This document shows, piece after piece, positions 1-12,700 of a stretch of DNA of 64,000 bases. How positions within the stretch are numbered: position 1 is the first letter of the stretch; the number at the start of each line of letters is the position of its first letter. The translations under genes and the position numbers were made by a program. The notes beneath the pieces were generated by a model. It saw only the letters and a list, made by a program, of their open reading frames with translations, was not told the origin of the DNA and searched no databases. Source of the stretch: Rhizaria sp. SCN 62-66 (lineage: Eukaryota); assembly GCA_001724265.1 (NCBI GenBank), contig MEDY01000240.1, forward strand, positions 1-64,000, given 5' to 3'.

Positions 1-434
1 TTTTGGTCAAACTTAGGCAAGCGATACGACGCAGTAGCTGCGATGGTGATGCCACTGATTATCCGAAAGTCGCTCAGCGGAGACCTTAACAAAGTGAAGA
101 GGCTGATGCATGGGGTCGCTTGGGACGATTTAACGTATAGATTAAGATACGGTGTTGTTTTTAAAAACAAGGCTGAGCCGTTTGATGCAGGGGTTGCACC
201 TGAAGAGCGCGTTAAGAACGTCTTCAGGACGGATATGATCAACGTAAGGTGACTAGTAGTAACATGAATACCAAGAGAGGGACCAAACTTAAGAAAATCA
301 TCACGCGTATGCAATACCGCTTTCAGCGTCTTCTTATCAAAAGTACTGACGTCATCAAAGATAGCAAGAATTTGAATTTGCGATCCAGCATTTTCATGCA
401 TCTGTTTAGTATCCTTGGTTGTGATTGGGTTCAT
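1..434 (-). CDS. possible partial ORF running off the left edge (hypothetical)
   Basis: Minus-strand frame from ATG at 434 (MNPITTKDTKQMHENAGSQIQILAIFDD...) has no stop down to the window edge. It is AT-richer than the other genes and has no recognisable motif. Confidence 0.2.
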   Translation of the reverse strand, partial: MNPITTKDTKQMHENAGSQIQILAIFDDVSTFDKKTLKAVLHTRDDFLKFGPSLGIHVTTSHLTLIISVLKTFLTRSSGATPASNGSALFLKTTPYLNLYVKSSQATPCISLFTLLRSPLSDFRIISGITIAATASYRLPKFDQ

Positions 435-662
435 AAGATAGTCGTCGGCTTCGACATTAACCTACTGATACGTGTTCTGCGAAAGCTGGTTTATCTGGTT
501 TCCAACTGAAGACTAATATTTTAGAATCGGGATGTGACTTTCTAAACTGGCGCATGTACATGCTGTTATATTACTTTTATATCAATAAATAAAGCTATAT
601 AAGCAAGTTCTAAGTCTAAAAAGTCGAGTTGTTAAAAATACGAACGCGTCTACAAAACTAAT

Positions 663-3374
663 TTACTTCTTGTTCTCGTGTTGGTTCTTGTTCTTGCTCT
701 CACTCTCGGTCTTTACCATCTTCGTCGCAACTTCAGCCTTGGCCTCAGCCTTTGCAGCAACCTTGGCCTCCGCCTCAGCAGCCACAGCAGCAGCCTCCGC
801 CTCTGCACCGGCCTCCGCCGCAGCGAACAACTCGTCCCACTCGACCTCAGCGGCCCTCTGCTCGCGGCGGAAGGCCTCCTCGTCCTCGCTAAGCAGGCCT
901 TCGTTCTCACTCGGCGACAGCTCAACATCCGAGACCAGCGCCTCGTCTCCAGTTTGCAGGGCGTCGATGTCGCTGCGCAAAGCATCATCGCGGTCCGTGC
1001 CATCCTCAATGCCAGCGTTGTTATACTGCTGCGCCAAGTCACTGTCCATGTCATAAAGCGCGCTGTCGACAGCGTCAACATGAGTGTTGGCTTTCGTGCT
1101 CGTGCTCTTGTTTTGCTTGACGTTCTTGCTGTTGCCGCCGCCGCTGCTGCTCTTGGTCTTGCGTACGTACCCGCGGGCCATCGCAAACTGCAGCGTGTCG
1201 TCTGCGTCCTCCGCCTCGACCTCCGCCCACCCCCACATGCCGCGGCTCAAGCCTCCATTCACGCCGCCGATTGCGCTGTTGCGACTCGCGCCACCATCAG
1301 CTGACCCGTCTGCGTCAGCGTCATCATTGTCGTTGCTCTCAACGTTGGCGTTATGCGCGTCGCTGTACGCGTTGCCGCTGCCCGAGAGCGAGGCGGTGAA
1401 CATGTCATTGCAGAGCTCGGACAGCTCCCACGCCAGTGCGCCCTGCATCTCGGCCAGCCCGCGCTGCCCCCAGGCCGCGGCCGCCGCGGCCGCGGGCCCC
1501 GGCCCCACCACGGGACCGGCACTGCTCGCACCAGGCGCGCTGCCGCGGCCGCCGCTGCTGCTGCTGCCGTTGACGTTGTTGCTGTCGCTGCTGCTGGCGA
1601 CACTTGCAACGCCGGCGACGGTGACCTCGAAGCTGTGGCAGTCGTCGTCGACGAACCCCACCGGCCGCGGGGGCAGCGCGGCGATTGCCTCAGCAAGGCT
1701 CCAGTCAGGCATGACTGAAAGCGACGAGGGCGCGCTCGGAGTCGCCGTCGTCGTCGCCTTGCGCGGCAGCGAGCCGGCGGCGCGTACGGTTCCCGTGGTC
1801 GCGCTTTTGCCCGCTGCACTGCGAGTGCTGCCGTTGTCGTAAAACCCGTTCTCGTAATCACGGACCATCGCAGCGTTGTGCTCGCTGTCGCCGCTCTCAC
1901 CGTTGGCGTCAGTCCCGGCCTTCCAGATGTCCGTCTTGGTGGCGACGTCGAACCAGCGCGTCCCCGGCACGAGCTTGTGGTAGCGCCAGCGCAGCTCCTG
2001 GCGGATGAGGAGCTGGTCGGCGAGGCTGGTGCCGCAGTGCCCGCTAGGATCCAGCACGAAGCACACAACCAGCGCGGGCACGTGCTCCAGCACGGCGAGC
2101 GTGAACATTTCCATCGCCTTGCGCTCGCTGTCGGGTCGGTTCAGCAGCCCCGGCGTGTCGGTCACCTGCACCTTGACGTTCACCGATCGCGCGCCCCTCT
2201 CGCCGGCCGCGCCAGTGCCGGCCGCGCCAAGGTTGGCGCGCAGCGTCAGGTGGCCCACGCTGACGGCGCGCGTGGTGAAGGGGTAGTTCTGCACCTCGGG
2301 CTTGGCCGTTGACAGCAGCCGCACGAGCGAGGACTTGCCGACGTTGGGCGCACCGACAAGCGCAACTGTCGGCAGCCGCGGGTTCACGATGTTGAGCCGC
2401 CGCAGCGTGGAAAACGTGTCGCGCACGCGCCCCAGCGCGCGCGCGCTCTCGGGCCCGCACACAGCGGCGTCGAGCGCGGCGGCGGCGGCGGCGGCGGCGG
2501 CCGTCACGTCGGCCAGAGACTGCACGCGCGCGGGCGAGGACAGCAGCGCCGTGTAGTGCTGGTGCACGGCGTGCACACGGTTGCGCACGCGCCGCAGCTC
2601 CGCCAGCACCGAGTGGTACGCGCGCTCGCCGGCGGCCGCGTGCGCTGAGAAGATGCTCGGGCTCTGCTGCTGCTGCTGCTGCGTGTCGTCATCGGGCACA
2701 CTCGCGTCGGCCTCGTCGGCGCTGTTATGGCTGTTACTATTGCCGCTGTGTTGTGCGGGCGCGAGCGCGGGGGCCGCGTTGGACCCCAGCGCTAGCCCCA
2801 CCGCGGTGCGCTCGTAGGGGTGCAGCGCGGCGACACGGGCGGGCGCGGCGGCCAGACACCGGTCGATGCGGTACAGCAGGTACGTCACCTCGGTGTGCAG
2901 CCGCCGCACAGCCAGGTCCCGCGCCTTGCCCTTGGCGCCCGACACGGCCTTGGCGCGCTGCAGGCGGGCCGAGCGCGCGCGCGCGATGGACAGCAGCTCG
3001 GCGGGCGGCGGCAGCAGCGGCAGCCCCGCCAGGACGCCGAACGGGAACGACTGCGGGGACGCCGGGGCGCTGGGCGTCTGCGCGTCAGGCGCTGCGGCGG
3101 CGGCCGCGGATGTCGCTGCGGTGAGAAGCGAGGCCGCGGCGGGGGAAAGCGAGGCGGTGAGCGGGGTGCGGGCGGGGTTCGCGTTCGGCTTCATCTGCTT
3201 CGTTGTGTCCACAAGCCCCGCAGCATCGGCAGCAGCTGAGCTAAACGCACGGGGTAAGTGCATACGTGTGCTTGAGGGAAGGACTGGTGACAGCGCAGAT
3301 GACGCACGGTTGAGGGCCGTTGCGAGCTCGGAGACGACGGACGTCAACGACGACCACGTATGCCGGAGCAGCAT
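663..3374 (-). CDS. NOG1-like (Obg family) GTPase with putative organellar presequence, 903 aa
   Basis: G1 VGAPNVGKSS, G2 NYPFTT, G3 DTPGLL followed by NRPDSERKAME, FVLDPSGHCG, G4-like TKTD and N-terminal LHPYE are all typical of NOG1. The N-terminus is Ser/Arg/Leu-rich. Ends TAA (663-665). Confidence 0.88.
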   Translation of the reverse strand: MLLRHTWSSLTSVVSELATALNRASSALSPVLPSSTRMHLPRAFSSAAADAAGLVDTTKQMKPNANPARTPLTASLSPAAASLLTAATSAAAAAAPDAQTPSAPASPQSFPFGVLAGLPLLPPPAELLSIARARSARLQRAKAVSGAKGKARDLAVRRLHTEVTYLLYRIDRCLAAAPARVAALHPYERTAVGLALGSNAAPALAPAQHSGNSNSHNSADEADASVPDDDTQQQQQQSPSIFSAHAAAGERAYHSVLAELRRVRNRVHAVHQHYTALLSSPARVQSLADVTAAAAAAAAALDAAVCGPESARALGRVRDTFSTLRRLNIVNPRLPTVALVGAPNVGKSSLVRLLSTAKPEVQNYPFTTRAVSVGHLTLRANLGAAGTGAAGERGARSVNVKVQVTDTPGLLNRPDSERKAMEMFTLAVLEHVPALVVCFVLDPSGHCGTSLADQLLIRQELRWRYHKLVPGTRWFDVATKTDIWKAGTDANGESGDSEHNAAMVRDYENGFYDNGSTRSAAGKSATTGTVRAAGSLPRKATTTATPSAPSSLSVMPDWSLAEAIAALPPRPVGFVDDDCHSFEVTVAGVASVASSSDSNNVNGSSSSGGRGSAPGASSAGPVVGPGPAAAAAAAWGQRGLAEMQGALAWELSELCNDMFTASLSGSGNAYSDAHNANVESNDNDDADADGSADGGASRNSAIGGVNGGLSRGMWGWAEVEAEDADDTLQFAMARGYVRKTKSSSGGGNSKNVKQNKSTSTKANTHVDAVDSALYDMDSDLAQQYNNAGIEDGTDRDDALRSDIDALQTGDEALVSDVELSPSENEGLLSEDEEAFRREQRAAEVEWDELFAAAEAGAEAEAAAVAAEAEAKVAAKAEAKAEVATKMVKTESESKNKNQHENKK

Positions 3375-3762
3375 CTAAGGAAGCGTAAATTCACAGGGAT
3401 AAGCAAGCTCTATAAGAATATAATTACGGAATAGGATATTAAATGTATTGAAGTTTCACAAAGTCCCCAGAAAACTCTATTATTATGATCAGAACGTGAG
3501 TTTATGTTGTCTTGCTCCACGCCATTTTCGGCAACCGCTCGGCCCAGACTCTACTTGTGGCTGTGTGGCTACACACACAAAAACTGCATTCGTCGTATGA
3601 CCGCTTCACAGTGAAGACCTTCATGGTTAATTCAGACTGTTCAGAGTAATAATACATGTATTATGTGATATATGTAACAGAGCTAAGTAAAAACTAAATT
3701 AACCATTGATATAACTTGACATGTGTCCGGCGACCGTAACAAAGCGCTTGCCAGACCCCTGC

Positions 3763-6700
3763 TCACTGCTTCATCTGCTGCGACTCCTTCCGAATCAGCT
3801 CGTCCATCGACATACCCTGCACGGGCACCGCGTACCGCGCCGCCAGCGCAACGGCCCACCGCGTGAGCGCGGTCTTCTTCCACCCGCCGGCCTCTGCCGC
3901 GCCCTTGACGACGACAGCCAGCAGCCCCTCCCTCGGGTTGATCACGGTGATCGTGAGCTGCGGCGGTACAAAGCCGCCGTCGCCCCCGCTGCGGTCACCG
4001 CTGCGGCCGCGATTAGAGCCCTTGCCAGTGCCCGCGTGAACGCTAGAGCTCGCGCCATTGCTGCTGTGGCGGCGGCGGCTGGCGCGGGCGGCGGTGCTGA
4101 CGATCGAGTGCAGCGCGATGACGCCGTCGCTCGAGGCCTGGTGCTGACTGTTCGGTGAGTAGCTTGGGGCGACGGCTGCCGCGCTTCTCGCCACACGATC
4201 ACTGTCGCTGTCATTGCCGTCGGTGACGTCGCTGCTGGAATTACCCGAGCTGCGGTCACTACGGCCAATACGGTCACTGCTGTCACTGAGGTCACTTTCA
4301 CTCACAGCCAATTGGCTCACACGGGCGGCATTGTAGGCCATTCCATCGTCCACCCTATCGGCCGCCCTATCGGCCAGCACGACAACGGCCCCCGGCGCCG
4401 CAGCGACGACGGCCTCGACGATGCTTACGACATCCGCGACCGCGTCCGCGGGCACCAGCGGCAACAGCGCCATGGTGACTGTGAGCAGACCTGCCGCGTC
4501 GCGCAGTGCAGCCGCGGCCAGGCCAGGCACCGCCGCCGCCGCGGGCGACACCGCCGCGGTGCGCGGGCGCGAGCGGGGACCGGATCTCGCAGCAGCAGTG
4601 GCAGAGCTAGAGCTATTGTTGTTATCAGGCGACGGTGACGGCGTACGGGACCGCGATGACGACGGAGAGCGCAGCAGCTGCGGCAGCAGTGAGGCGTCGC
4701 CCCCGCCGCGCTGCCGCTGTTGGCGGGAGCGCTTGGCGGCCGCGATCGCGGTCGCGGTTTGCAGCAGCGCGGCGGGGGCCGCGGGGCGCAGCAGTAGCGC
4801 GGTTTGTTGCGCACAGAGCGCGGCGAGCGCAGCCGCGTGGTAGTAGAGCAGCTGCGTCGTCGCCGCGGGCACGATACTCGCAGCCGCAGCCGCAGCAGGC
4901 GTGGAGGTCGAGTCCGCGGAGGGTGAGGCGGCTGCGAGCAGAGACAGGGGACGGGCAATGGCGTATGCCTGGAGGGTGGCAACGAGAGCGCCGCCATCCC
5001 AGTCCTGCCCGCAGTCGTCGTCGCTGTCGCCATCGTCATCGCCATCGACGCTTTGCTCGCGGTCACCGTGCGGTGACCGCAGCAGCGCGCGGGAGCGCGC
5101 CAGCGCCGCGGCCGCAGCGGCCGTGGAGGGCTGCGTCAGCGTCTGCGGCGGCGTGGGCAGCGCGGCCGTGAGCAGCGAGAGGAGACGGACAATGCCCTTG
5201 AGCGAGGAGACGCCGTGGGGGAACGACGCGAGGGTGTGCGGGAGGTAGGCCGCGGCGGACGTCAGCGCCAGCGCGGGGATGACGCTCGCCACGCGACCGA
5301 CCGCAACATCGTCGTCGCTACCGCCATTGCTCAGCTGCCGCTGTTGTTGCTGTTGTTGTTCGGGGGCGATGGAGGCGGCAACCGAGTCCCAGAGGCCCGC
5401 GGTGGCCTCCCCCCAGAGGTTCAGCGCGGCGGCCGAGAGCGCGGCGAAGCCGGCCCAGGGCAGCAGGCCAGTACCGGCCACTCTGCCTGCGCTGCTGGCC
5501 TTGCTTGTCTTCGTCATCGTCATCGGAGAACTGCTGGAGCGAGCGGTTGAGCTTGCAGTTGTAGTGCCGTCAACGACCGTAGAAACGTACGCAAGCACTG
5601 GAACAGCAGCCGTCCCGGAGCCAGGAGAGGCCGTGTGCGCGCTGTCAGCGCCAGTCGCAGCATCGACAGCGGAGGCAGCAGCTTTGGCCTCGTTGTACAG
5701 AGGGTTGTTGAGCGGGATCAACGCGCGGTCGATAACGCTGTAGAAAGAGATCCGGTTCGACTGCTCGTCCTTTGCGATCACAACTGTCGCAGCGTTCACA
5801 GCGGTGGCGGCAGCCGCGGCTGCGCCCGCGGCCATGGTCGCCGCGGCAGCGGGAGTGACGCCCGTGACGGAGAGCCGCAGCGCCCAGGGCAGCGTGGCCG
5901 CAGCCAGCAGGCGCGCGGGCGCGGGCGGCGGTGCGACGGCGGGCGCGCCGGCCGCGGCGGGCACCGTCGGGTGCGGGCGCGCGGGCAGCAGCGACTGTGA
6001 GCAAAGCAGTAGCACGCGCAGGCCGTAGAGATGCCGCGCCAGCGCGACCGTGTCGGGCAGCAGCAGCGGCAGCGGCGTCACAGTCTCCGCGACACTGGCA
6101 GCGGCCGCCGTGCTGAACCGGGCAGTGTTCTTCGGCATGTTGGTGTGAGTCAGAGCGGTGCTGTTGCCCGAGGCAGACGCAGAGCCGGATGCCAAGAACA
6201 GAGGCTTGAGGGAGCTTGCTGCGGCTGCGTAGGGCAGTGGGCACACAGGCACGGGCCACGGCAGCACAGATGACACGGCGTCATACGCGTTGCTACTGGC
6301 GACACCGCTGATGTTGGCGTCCGGGGCCAGGCGCAGCGCTGTAGAGATTGCGCTGATAGCCTCAGACGCCGCAACACTGACACTGCGTGCGGTGAACAGA
6401 GACTGGGAGACAGACACGCGCGAGTTCGAGCCAGACTGCGAGGCACAACTGCCAATGACCAACGAAGGTAACACAAAGGCAGCAGAAGATGTCACGGCAC
6501 CATTTGCTGGCAAGCAAGTCAAGCCACGCCCCATGCCATACCCCGAGCAGAGCAGCACACGCGCTAGCGCAACATTGCTTCCAGCCTTATGAGCGGTCGT
6601 CTTCGCAAAGTCGAAGCTGTGGTCGCCGCCGTTCGCGAGCACTGAGTTCAGCGCAGCGACAGGCGACTCTCCGGCAAGCACCAACAGCGAAACGCTATCG

Positions 6701-9700
6701 TGGCCACCGCTACTGTTCGCACAACTGCCACCAGCGCGCGTGTCAGTGCTCTTGGTCGCGGCGAAGTCTGCGTGGACCGCCGCGAGCACCGCGGCGGGCG
6801 CAGGCGCGAGACAGGGCAGCGGCAGCGCGGGCAGCGGGTCGCGGCTCGCGGCGTGCAGCAGCAGCGGCAGCAGCCCCGAGCTCGCCAGCGGTACTGACTG
6901 AAGCGGCGACGGCGAAGTGGCAGCGTGCGCATTGCTGTAACTGTTGCTGCGCACGTAGTCAGATAGCTTGTGCATGCACGGCAGGTCGTGCGCGTCGGCC
7001 GCAAACAGCGACAACAGCGCACACCCCAGCGGCGAGTACGGCAGCGGCAGCGACTGCGCGCACAGCATCGACTGCGGCGCCTGTGCGATGGCGAGCGCGT
7101 TGGACGACTGTAGGTAAGTGTTCTGCGACTGCGCGAGCCAGTGGCGAGTAAGCCCCACGTCCCAGCTGCCGCAGCGGAGCTTGAGCGCGGCCTCGACGCT
7201 GTTGAGCAGGGCACTGACATTCACGCCGGAGGCGCTTAGACTGCCCGCAGGAGACCGCTGGGCAAGATATGGAAGGCGCTGTGTCTTCGCATCAAGCGTG
7301 GCGATATCGCCATTGGCGTTGGCGCTGCGAGCGCCCACATCGGCGCCGCTGCCGTTGCTCAAGCCTGACGCAGCAAGCGCGGCGAGAGCGGCAGCAGTGG
7401 CCGCGCCAGCCGCGGCACTCGCTACGGAGGTTGCGGCAGTCGGGTTCGCCAAGGCAGAACCGGTCCCAGGTCCGGACGCAGCTCCAGTCAGTCCGGCACC
7501 AATAACACTCGCAGCCGTCGGCGCAGCACTGTTCGCAGAGGCGGCGGCGGCGGCCGCGGCGGCCACGGCGGCAGCGACAGCGGCCGCGGTCGCAGGATCA
7601 GTGCCCGCACTCGCATTCTCCCTGGCACTCGCACTGGAGGCGTCAGCTGCAGGCGTCATCGTTTCGCGATTGCCGCCCTCGCTCGCAGTCACGCTCAGGT
7701 CGTTGTCCTCGCCGCCCTTGAGCGCCGCAGCCAAAACAGCAGCCCCGCCAGCGGCAGCAGCGTTGCCCGCCGCCATCTTGCCCTTGCCCGCGTTGCTGCT
7801 GGCCTTGGCGCTGGTGCGCGCCGCGGGCGGCGAGTGCCGCACAAACCCGAGCGTCGCGACCGTGAGCGCGGCCATGCACGTCGCCCAGCCGCGGCCGCCC
7901 ACGGTCACATGCTCTAGCACAGGCCCGCTGGCGCTGGAGATGACTAGGGGGGCGCTTAGACTGGCGTGAGGGGAAGCGAGGTCGAACCACTTGGACTCTT
8001 CGAGCTCGAGCAGAGGCGTGCGCTTCGCGGTCACCGCGGCAATTGCAGCGGCCACACCCAACAGCGGCTTAGACTGAGTCTGCAGCTGCGGCGACGATGA
8101 CGGCATATCAGCAGCAGACGCAGAGGCGGGGGCGTGCCACGTCGCAGCAGCTGCCTCGGCGGCCGCGGCCCCCGCCCTCTCGCGGCCCCGCACGCGCAGC
8201 AACAGCCTGGCGCTGCCACTCGCACTGCCTGTGCGCGGCGCGCTGAGAGGGCCGACCGCGGCAGCGGCGAACGCGAGAGCACCCGCTGCGGCGGCCGGTG
8301 GCAGGCGTCCGTCGCCGCCGTCGTCGGTCAAGTTCGCCGAGAGCAGCGCGAGCAGCGAGTGCACTAGCTGCGACCAGCGCGCAGAGACAGCCGCCGAGCG
8401 CGCGGGGCCGAGGGGGAGGGCGATGGGGGACACGTCGTGGTGGCACCGATCGTCACCGCCGCTCGCGACAATTCTTGCAGCAGAGCTGCTCTCTGGCTCA
8501 GCATCGTTGCTAGGCGTCTTCGCACGGTTGTTGTTCGACAGAGATAGTACAGTGCGGCAGTGCGAAGGCGGCTGCAGCAGCGGCGGCAGCAAGCGCTGCA
8601 GATACTGCGGCCAGAGCCCCAGGCCTTCACCGGCGACCCCAGCGGCGGCGCTCGCGCCCTGCGGCGCTTGCAGCAGCTGCGCGCGCTGGAGGCGGAGCGC
8701 GCGCCACTGCTGCAGCGCGCGGTAGCGGCCCGCGGTGGCCGCGCCGGCATAGTTGTGTACTCGCCACGCCGCCTCGGCGCCGCGGGCCAGCGCGTGCAGC
8801 AGCGCAAACACGCCGCAGCGCTGCGGTGCCGACAGGGCCAAACCGGTTGTCGTAGCCGCCAGCGCAGTCGCAGAGACAGTGGCCGCGCTGCTGTGGCCGC
8901 GGAGCTCGTGGTCGCGCAGGTGGACGCGGGACGCCAGCACGAGCTCCGCCGCGGCCGCGGCAACCGTGGACAGCGCCAGCGCGGGGACCAGTGACGCCGC
9001 GGTGACCGCGGGTGGGTGGCCGGCCCAGACCGAGAGCGCAGTCAGCGGCAGCAGGCGCGGTAGGGCGTGAGTCGGCACCGTGAGCCGCAGTAGTGCAGAC
9101 GTCAGAGGACCGTCAACGGCTCCAGTCGCAGACGCTTGGACACTCTCATGGCTCAGAGTATTTGGGATCGCGCTGCTGATGTCGTGGGACAGGTGCGAAA
9201 CTAGGCCCGGCAGCGCGGCGACGGCGGGGGCCAATAGCGTCGGGAGCGGCGGCAGCGGCAACGGCAGCGACAACGGCGGGACAGTCACCGACTGGCCAGA
9301 GGCTTGCGCCTGGGCCTGTGCCTGCGCTTGCAGCTGCGCGTGAGTCTGAGTGGCAGCGGCGGCGGCGGCATTGGCGGCGGCGTGCTGCGCGGCAAGCTGG
9401 GCGTGGCTGTGGGCGGCGGAAAGCAACAGCGGGGCGAGCGAAACACGACTGTTCGCAGTGATTGCGCTGCTAACAGCATATGGGGCGGCGGCAGAGCTGT
9501 GGCGCTTGCTGCTGGCTGTTGTCTTGCTGATAGGCAGCATCTTCACGGTCATCTCGTCGCCGAAAGACGACAGCGAGTGCGTGGTGACCGCGGGCAGCAT
9601 GCGCACTGCCGCATCAGCGTCCGCCAACGTCACACTGCAGCTCTCGCCATGATCGCCGCTAGCCGCGTTGTTAGCATTGTCGGCCGCGAGCGAGACCGCC

Positions 9701-12700
9701 TGCCTCTGCGCGAGCGCCAGGCCGCCGCCAAGCGCGGCGGAGAGCCCGGCCGCGGCGGGGAGCGCGCAGCCGGCGGCCCACCGCAACAGCACCGCCAGAG
9801 GCGCGGGCACCGCCAGGGAGCCGCTGGCATTTGCGCTGTGCGGTGACAGCAGGGACTTGGTGATGTGGGACGGGACAAGCGGCAACAGCGGCCACTTGAA
9901 GCAATCAACGTCGTGCACGCCAGCGTCAGTCCCCTGCGCCCGTGTCAGAGTGTCCAACAGTGCGGCCGCGCTGTCAGCCGTCTTGAGCACGCTCACGGAA
10001 GCGCTCGTCACGGCGGCCAGCGCGGCACCGGCCGAGTACGACGCGTGCAGCAACAGCGATGCGCGCTCGCGGCCTAACTTCGACCCACTGCGGCCTGAAT
10101 TATCGCCAGAAGTGACTGTGAGCAAGACGTGGGGCGGGATCGGCAGCAACGGAGTGGCGGCAAGCGCAAGGTCCCAGTCGCTAGAGTTCGCCCCCGCCTC
10201 CTTATGATGCTCGGCGAGACCGAGCCAGAGCGAAGATACAGAGTGCGTCGCCGCAGCAAGATTGGCGACTACTTGCGACACAGCGACTGCAACACCCATT
10301 TGGGCACTCTGGCTGACATCGAGTGTGCGTGACTTGAAGTCAGTGCTGGTCGCAGCGTACGAGCACGTTAGGGTTGTCTCGATATCGGCCGCTGCTTGTA
10401 GTAACTCCTGCGCCAGCACGCGGTCACTGGAGGTAGCCCCAGCCTGGTCACTATGACGCGCCAGGAAAGCGCCTGCGTGCTCAAGCGCGCTCTGCAGCCG
10501 CCACAGCGCAGCGCCGCCGCCAACCCTCACGCCCACCGTGTTGCCGACCTGGGCGCCGCGGGCAGTAGTGACCGTGAACAGGTCGCCGTCGGAGGCCGCA
10601 AGCAGCCCGGCAGCGCAGCCCCCGCCAAGGGCCACGAGCGCGGTTGCGGCCGCTGCCGCGTGCGTCAGGGCCACGGCTGCGGACACAGCAGCGTCCAGCA
10701 TAGCAGTGTCGTTGCCGGCATTGATGGCACCGGTTTGCAGCTGCTGCGCATGCCGCCGTGCGCTGCTTGCCATCGCCTTGAGATCGCAGGCAGCCGACGC
10801 GAGCCGCTTCGTCACGCTCGCGATTGCGGCCAGCGGCGTCGCCCGCGCCGCACGCAGCAGGTCGCGGGCGAGGCCGCGTATCGTCGCTGCCGCCGCAGCG
10901 CCCGCCAGCTGCGGACTGACGGCGGCCGCGGCGGGCAGTGCGATGAGGGCGCCGGCGGACTCGTCGCCCCACGCGTCCGCCACCTCCGCCGGCAACGGCA
11001 GCAGCGCCCGCAGCAGCCCGGACGCGGCGGCGGCGGTCGCGGTGCTCGCCGCAGCCGACTGCAGCGAGGCCGCCAGAGTGAGGCCACAGCTCCACAGGGC
11101 GTGCAGCGACGGGGGGCTCGGGGACAGCGCGGGCGGCCGCGGGCCAGCGGGCGGCTGTGCGCTGGACGGCGGTGACTGGGAGTTGGATGAGCTCGTGGCA
11201 AATGATAGTAAGACGCGGTTGATGTTGTTGGCGCCAGCTACACTGTTGTCAGGCAGACTGAGGCCGCTGTCGCTAATCGCAAGTGCCTCGTGAATGGTGG
11301 TCACAGTAACCTTCTTGGAGCTCCTCCCAATGCTGCTGCAATTTGAGTTCACGTTGCCAGTGGTCGCAGTTGTACTGCTGCTGTTAAACGAGTGCAAGGG
11401 CCAGTCGACAACAGCGGCGGATAAGGCCGAGGTCAGCGGGGGCGCGAGGGGACCCAGCCGCAGCCAGTGCCACGGTGCCATATTGACCGACTGAGACTGT
11501 GGTTGCAACTGCGGCTGTGAGAACCAGAGCGAGAGAGTTAGCGAGACAAAGTCCTGGCAACACGACGTGATCACCGTCATATCCTTCGTGGTCCGCGCCG
11601 TCTTTGAGAGTGACAAGAGCGTGGACAGGGCGAGCGAAGACGGAGACGAAGAGACACGCACGACCGCATTGCGGTCGTCTTGAGAGGCATCATGTTGGTC
11701 AACGCCGATAAGAGCAACGATTGGCACTGTTTCGTCCCATGCAGAGAAGGCGTTCACAGCCAGAGCTGGAGCAACCGCAGTTGCTGTCTGGCTCGAGCTC
11801 TTGTTGTCAGCAGTGGCAGCCGACAAGGCGAGAGCGGGCGACGCCGTGGGCAATGCCACTGACTTGGGCAACTCCCCCAGCAGCGCATCGACCACACTCG
11901 CCAAACCTTCCCCGCTGCTGCTGCCGCTCTTGATGTGGGCCGGAGGGAGCGTGGGGGCGACCGTGAGCAGCACTAGCGCCGCCACCGCCGCCGCCGCCTG
12001 CGCGACGGTCGTCGATTGTCGCAGTAGCTGCGACTGTTCGGAGACGGCGACAGTGCTGACGACAGCCTCCGCCGGCGACTGGCTACCTGCGCCGTCGGTC
12101 AAAACCGCCGTGTAAGGGCCGGCAGCAGCGGGAGCACTTAGATCCACTGGGCTGAGCGAGGTCGAGAAGTGCGCCGCGTCGAAAGGCAGCGCCTCGGCAG
12201 CGGATCCGAGCAAGTGCCTCGTCTCGCCCCCCGCGCCACCGCCGCGGCCGCCGCGGGCCGCGACCGACGCAGCGAGCGCCGAGCCGTCACCAGGCTGGCC
12301 CGTGCCGAGCGTCGCCAGCAGCGCGCCCGCGGCCACTGCGACGGCGCCGGAACCGCCGACCACATCGCTCGTCGCCGCAAGTGTGGCCGCGGAGGCCTTG
12401 GTGCTGTCGGCGACGTACTGAGCGAGCGCCCGCGCGTTGCCGACCACGCCCGCGCTCTGCGCGTTTGCGCTCGCACTCGTGCCCACGCTCACCTTGACGC
12501 CGCTGCCGCCGCCGAGTGCGGCCGCGGCGGCTGCGGTGGCTGCCGCGGCGCGGTGTAGCGCGGCGGCCTTGGCGGGGACGGCGCCGCAGCCGGGCGCGTG
12601 GTGGATCAGGCTCCACAGCGGCTGCGAGGGCGGCGCGGAATACAGCAGCGCCAGATCGCGCCGGACAGTCGCCGCGCCGCCGTCACAACTCACCGCAGCG

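Noticed and set aside
43-509. Plus-strand ORFs 43-252 and 249-509
   Set aside because: They are short, have atypical codon usage and no motifs. The opposite strand has a longer open frame.
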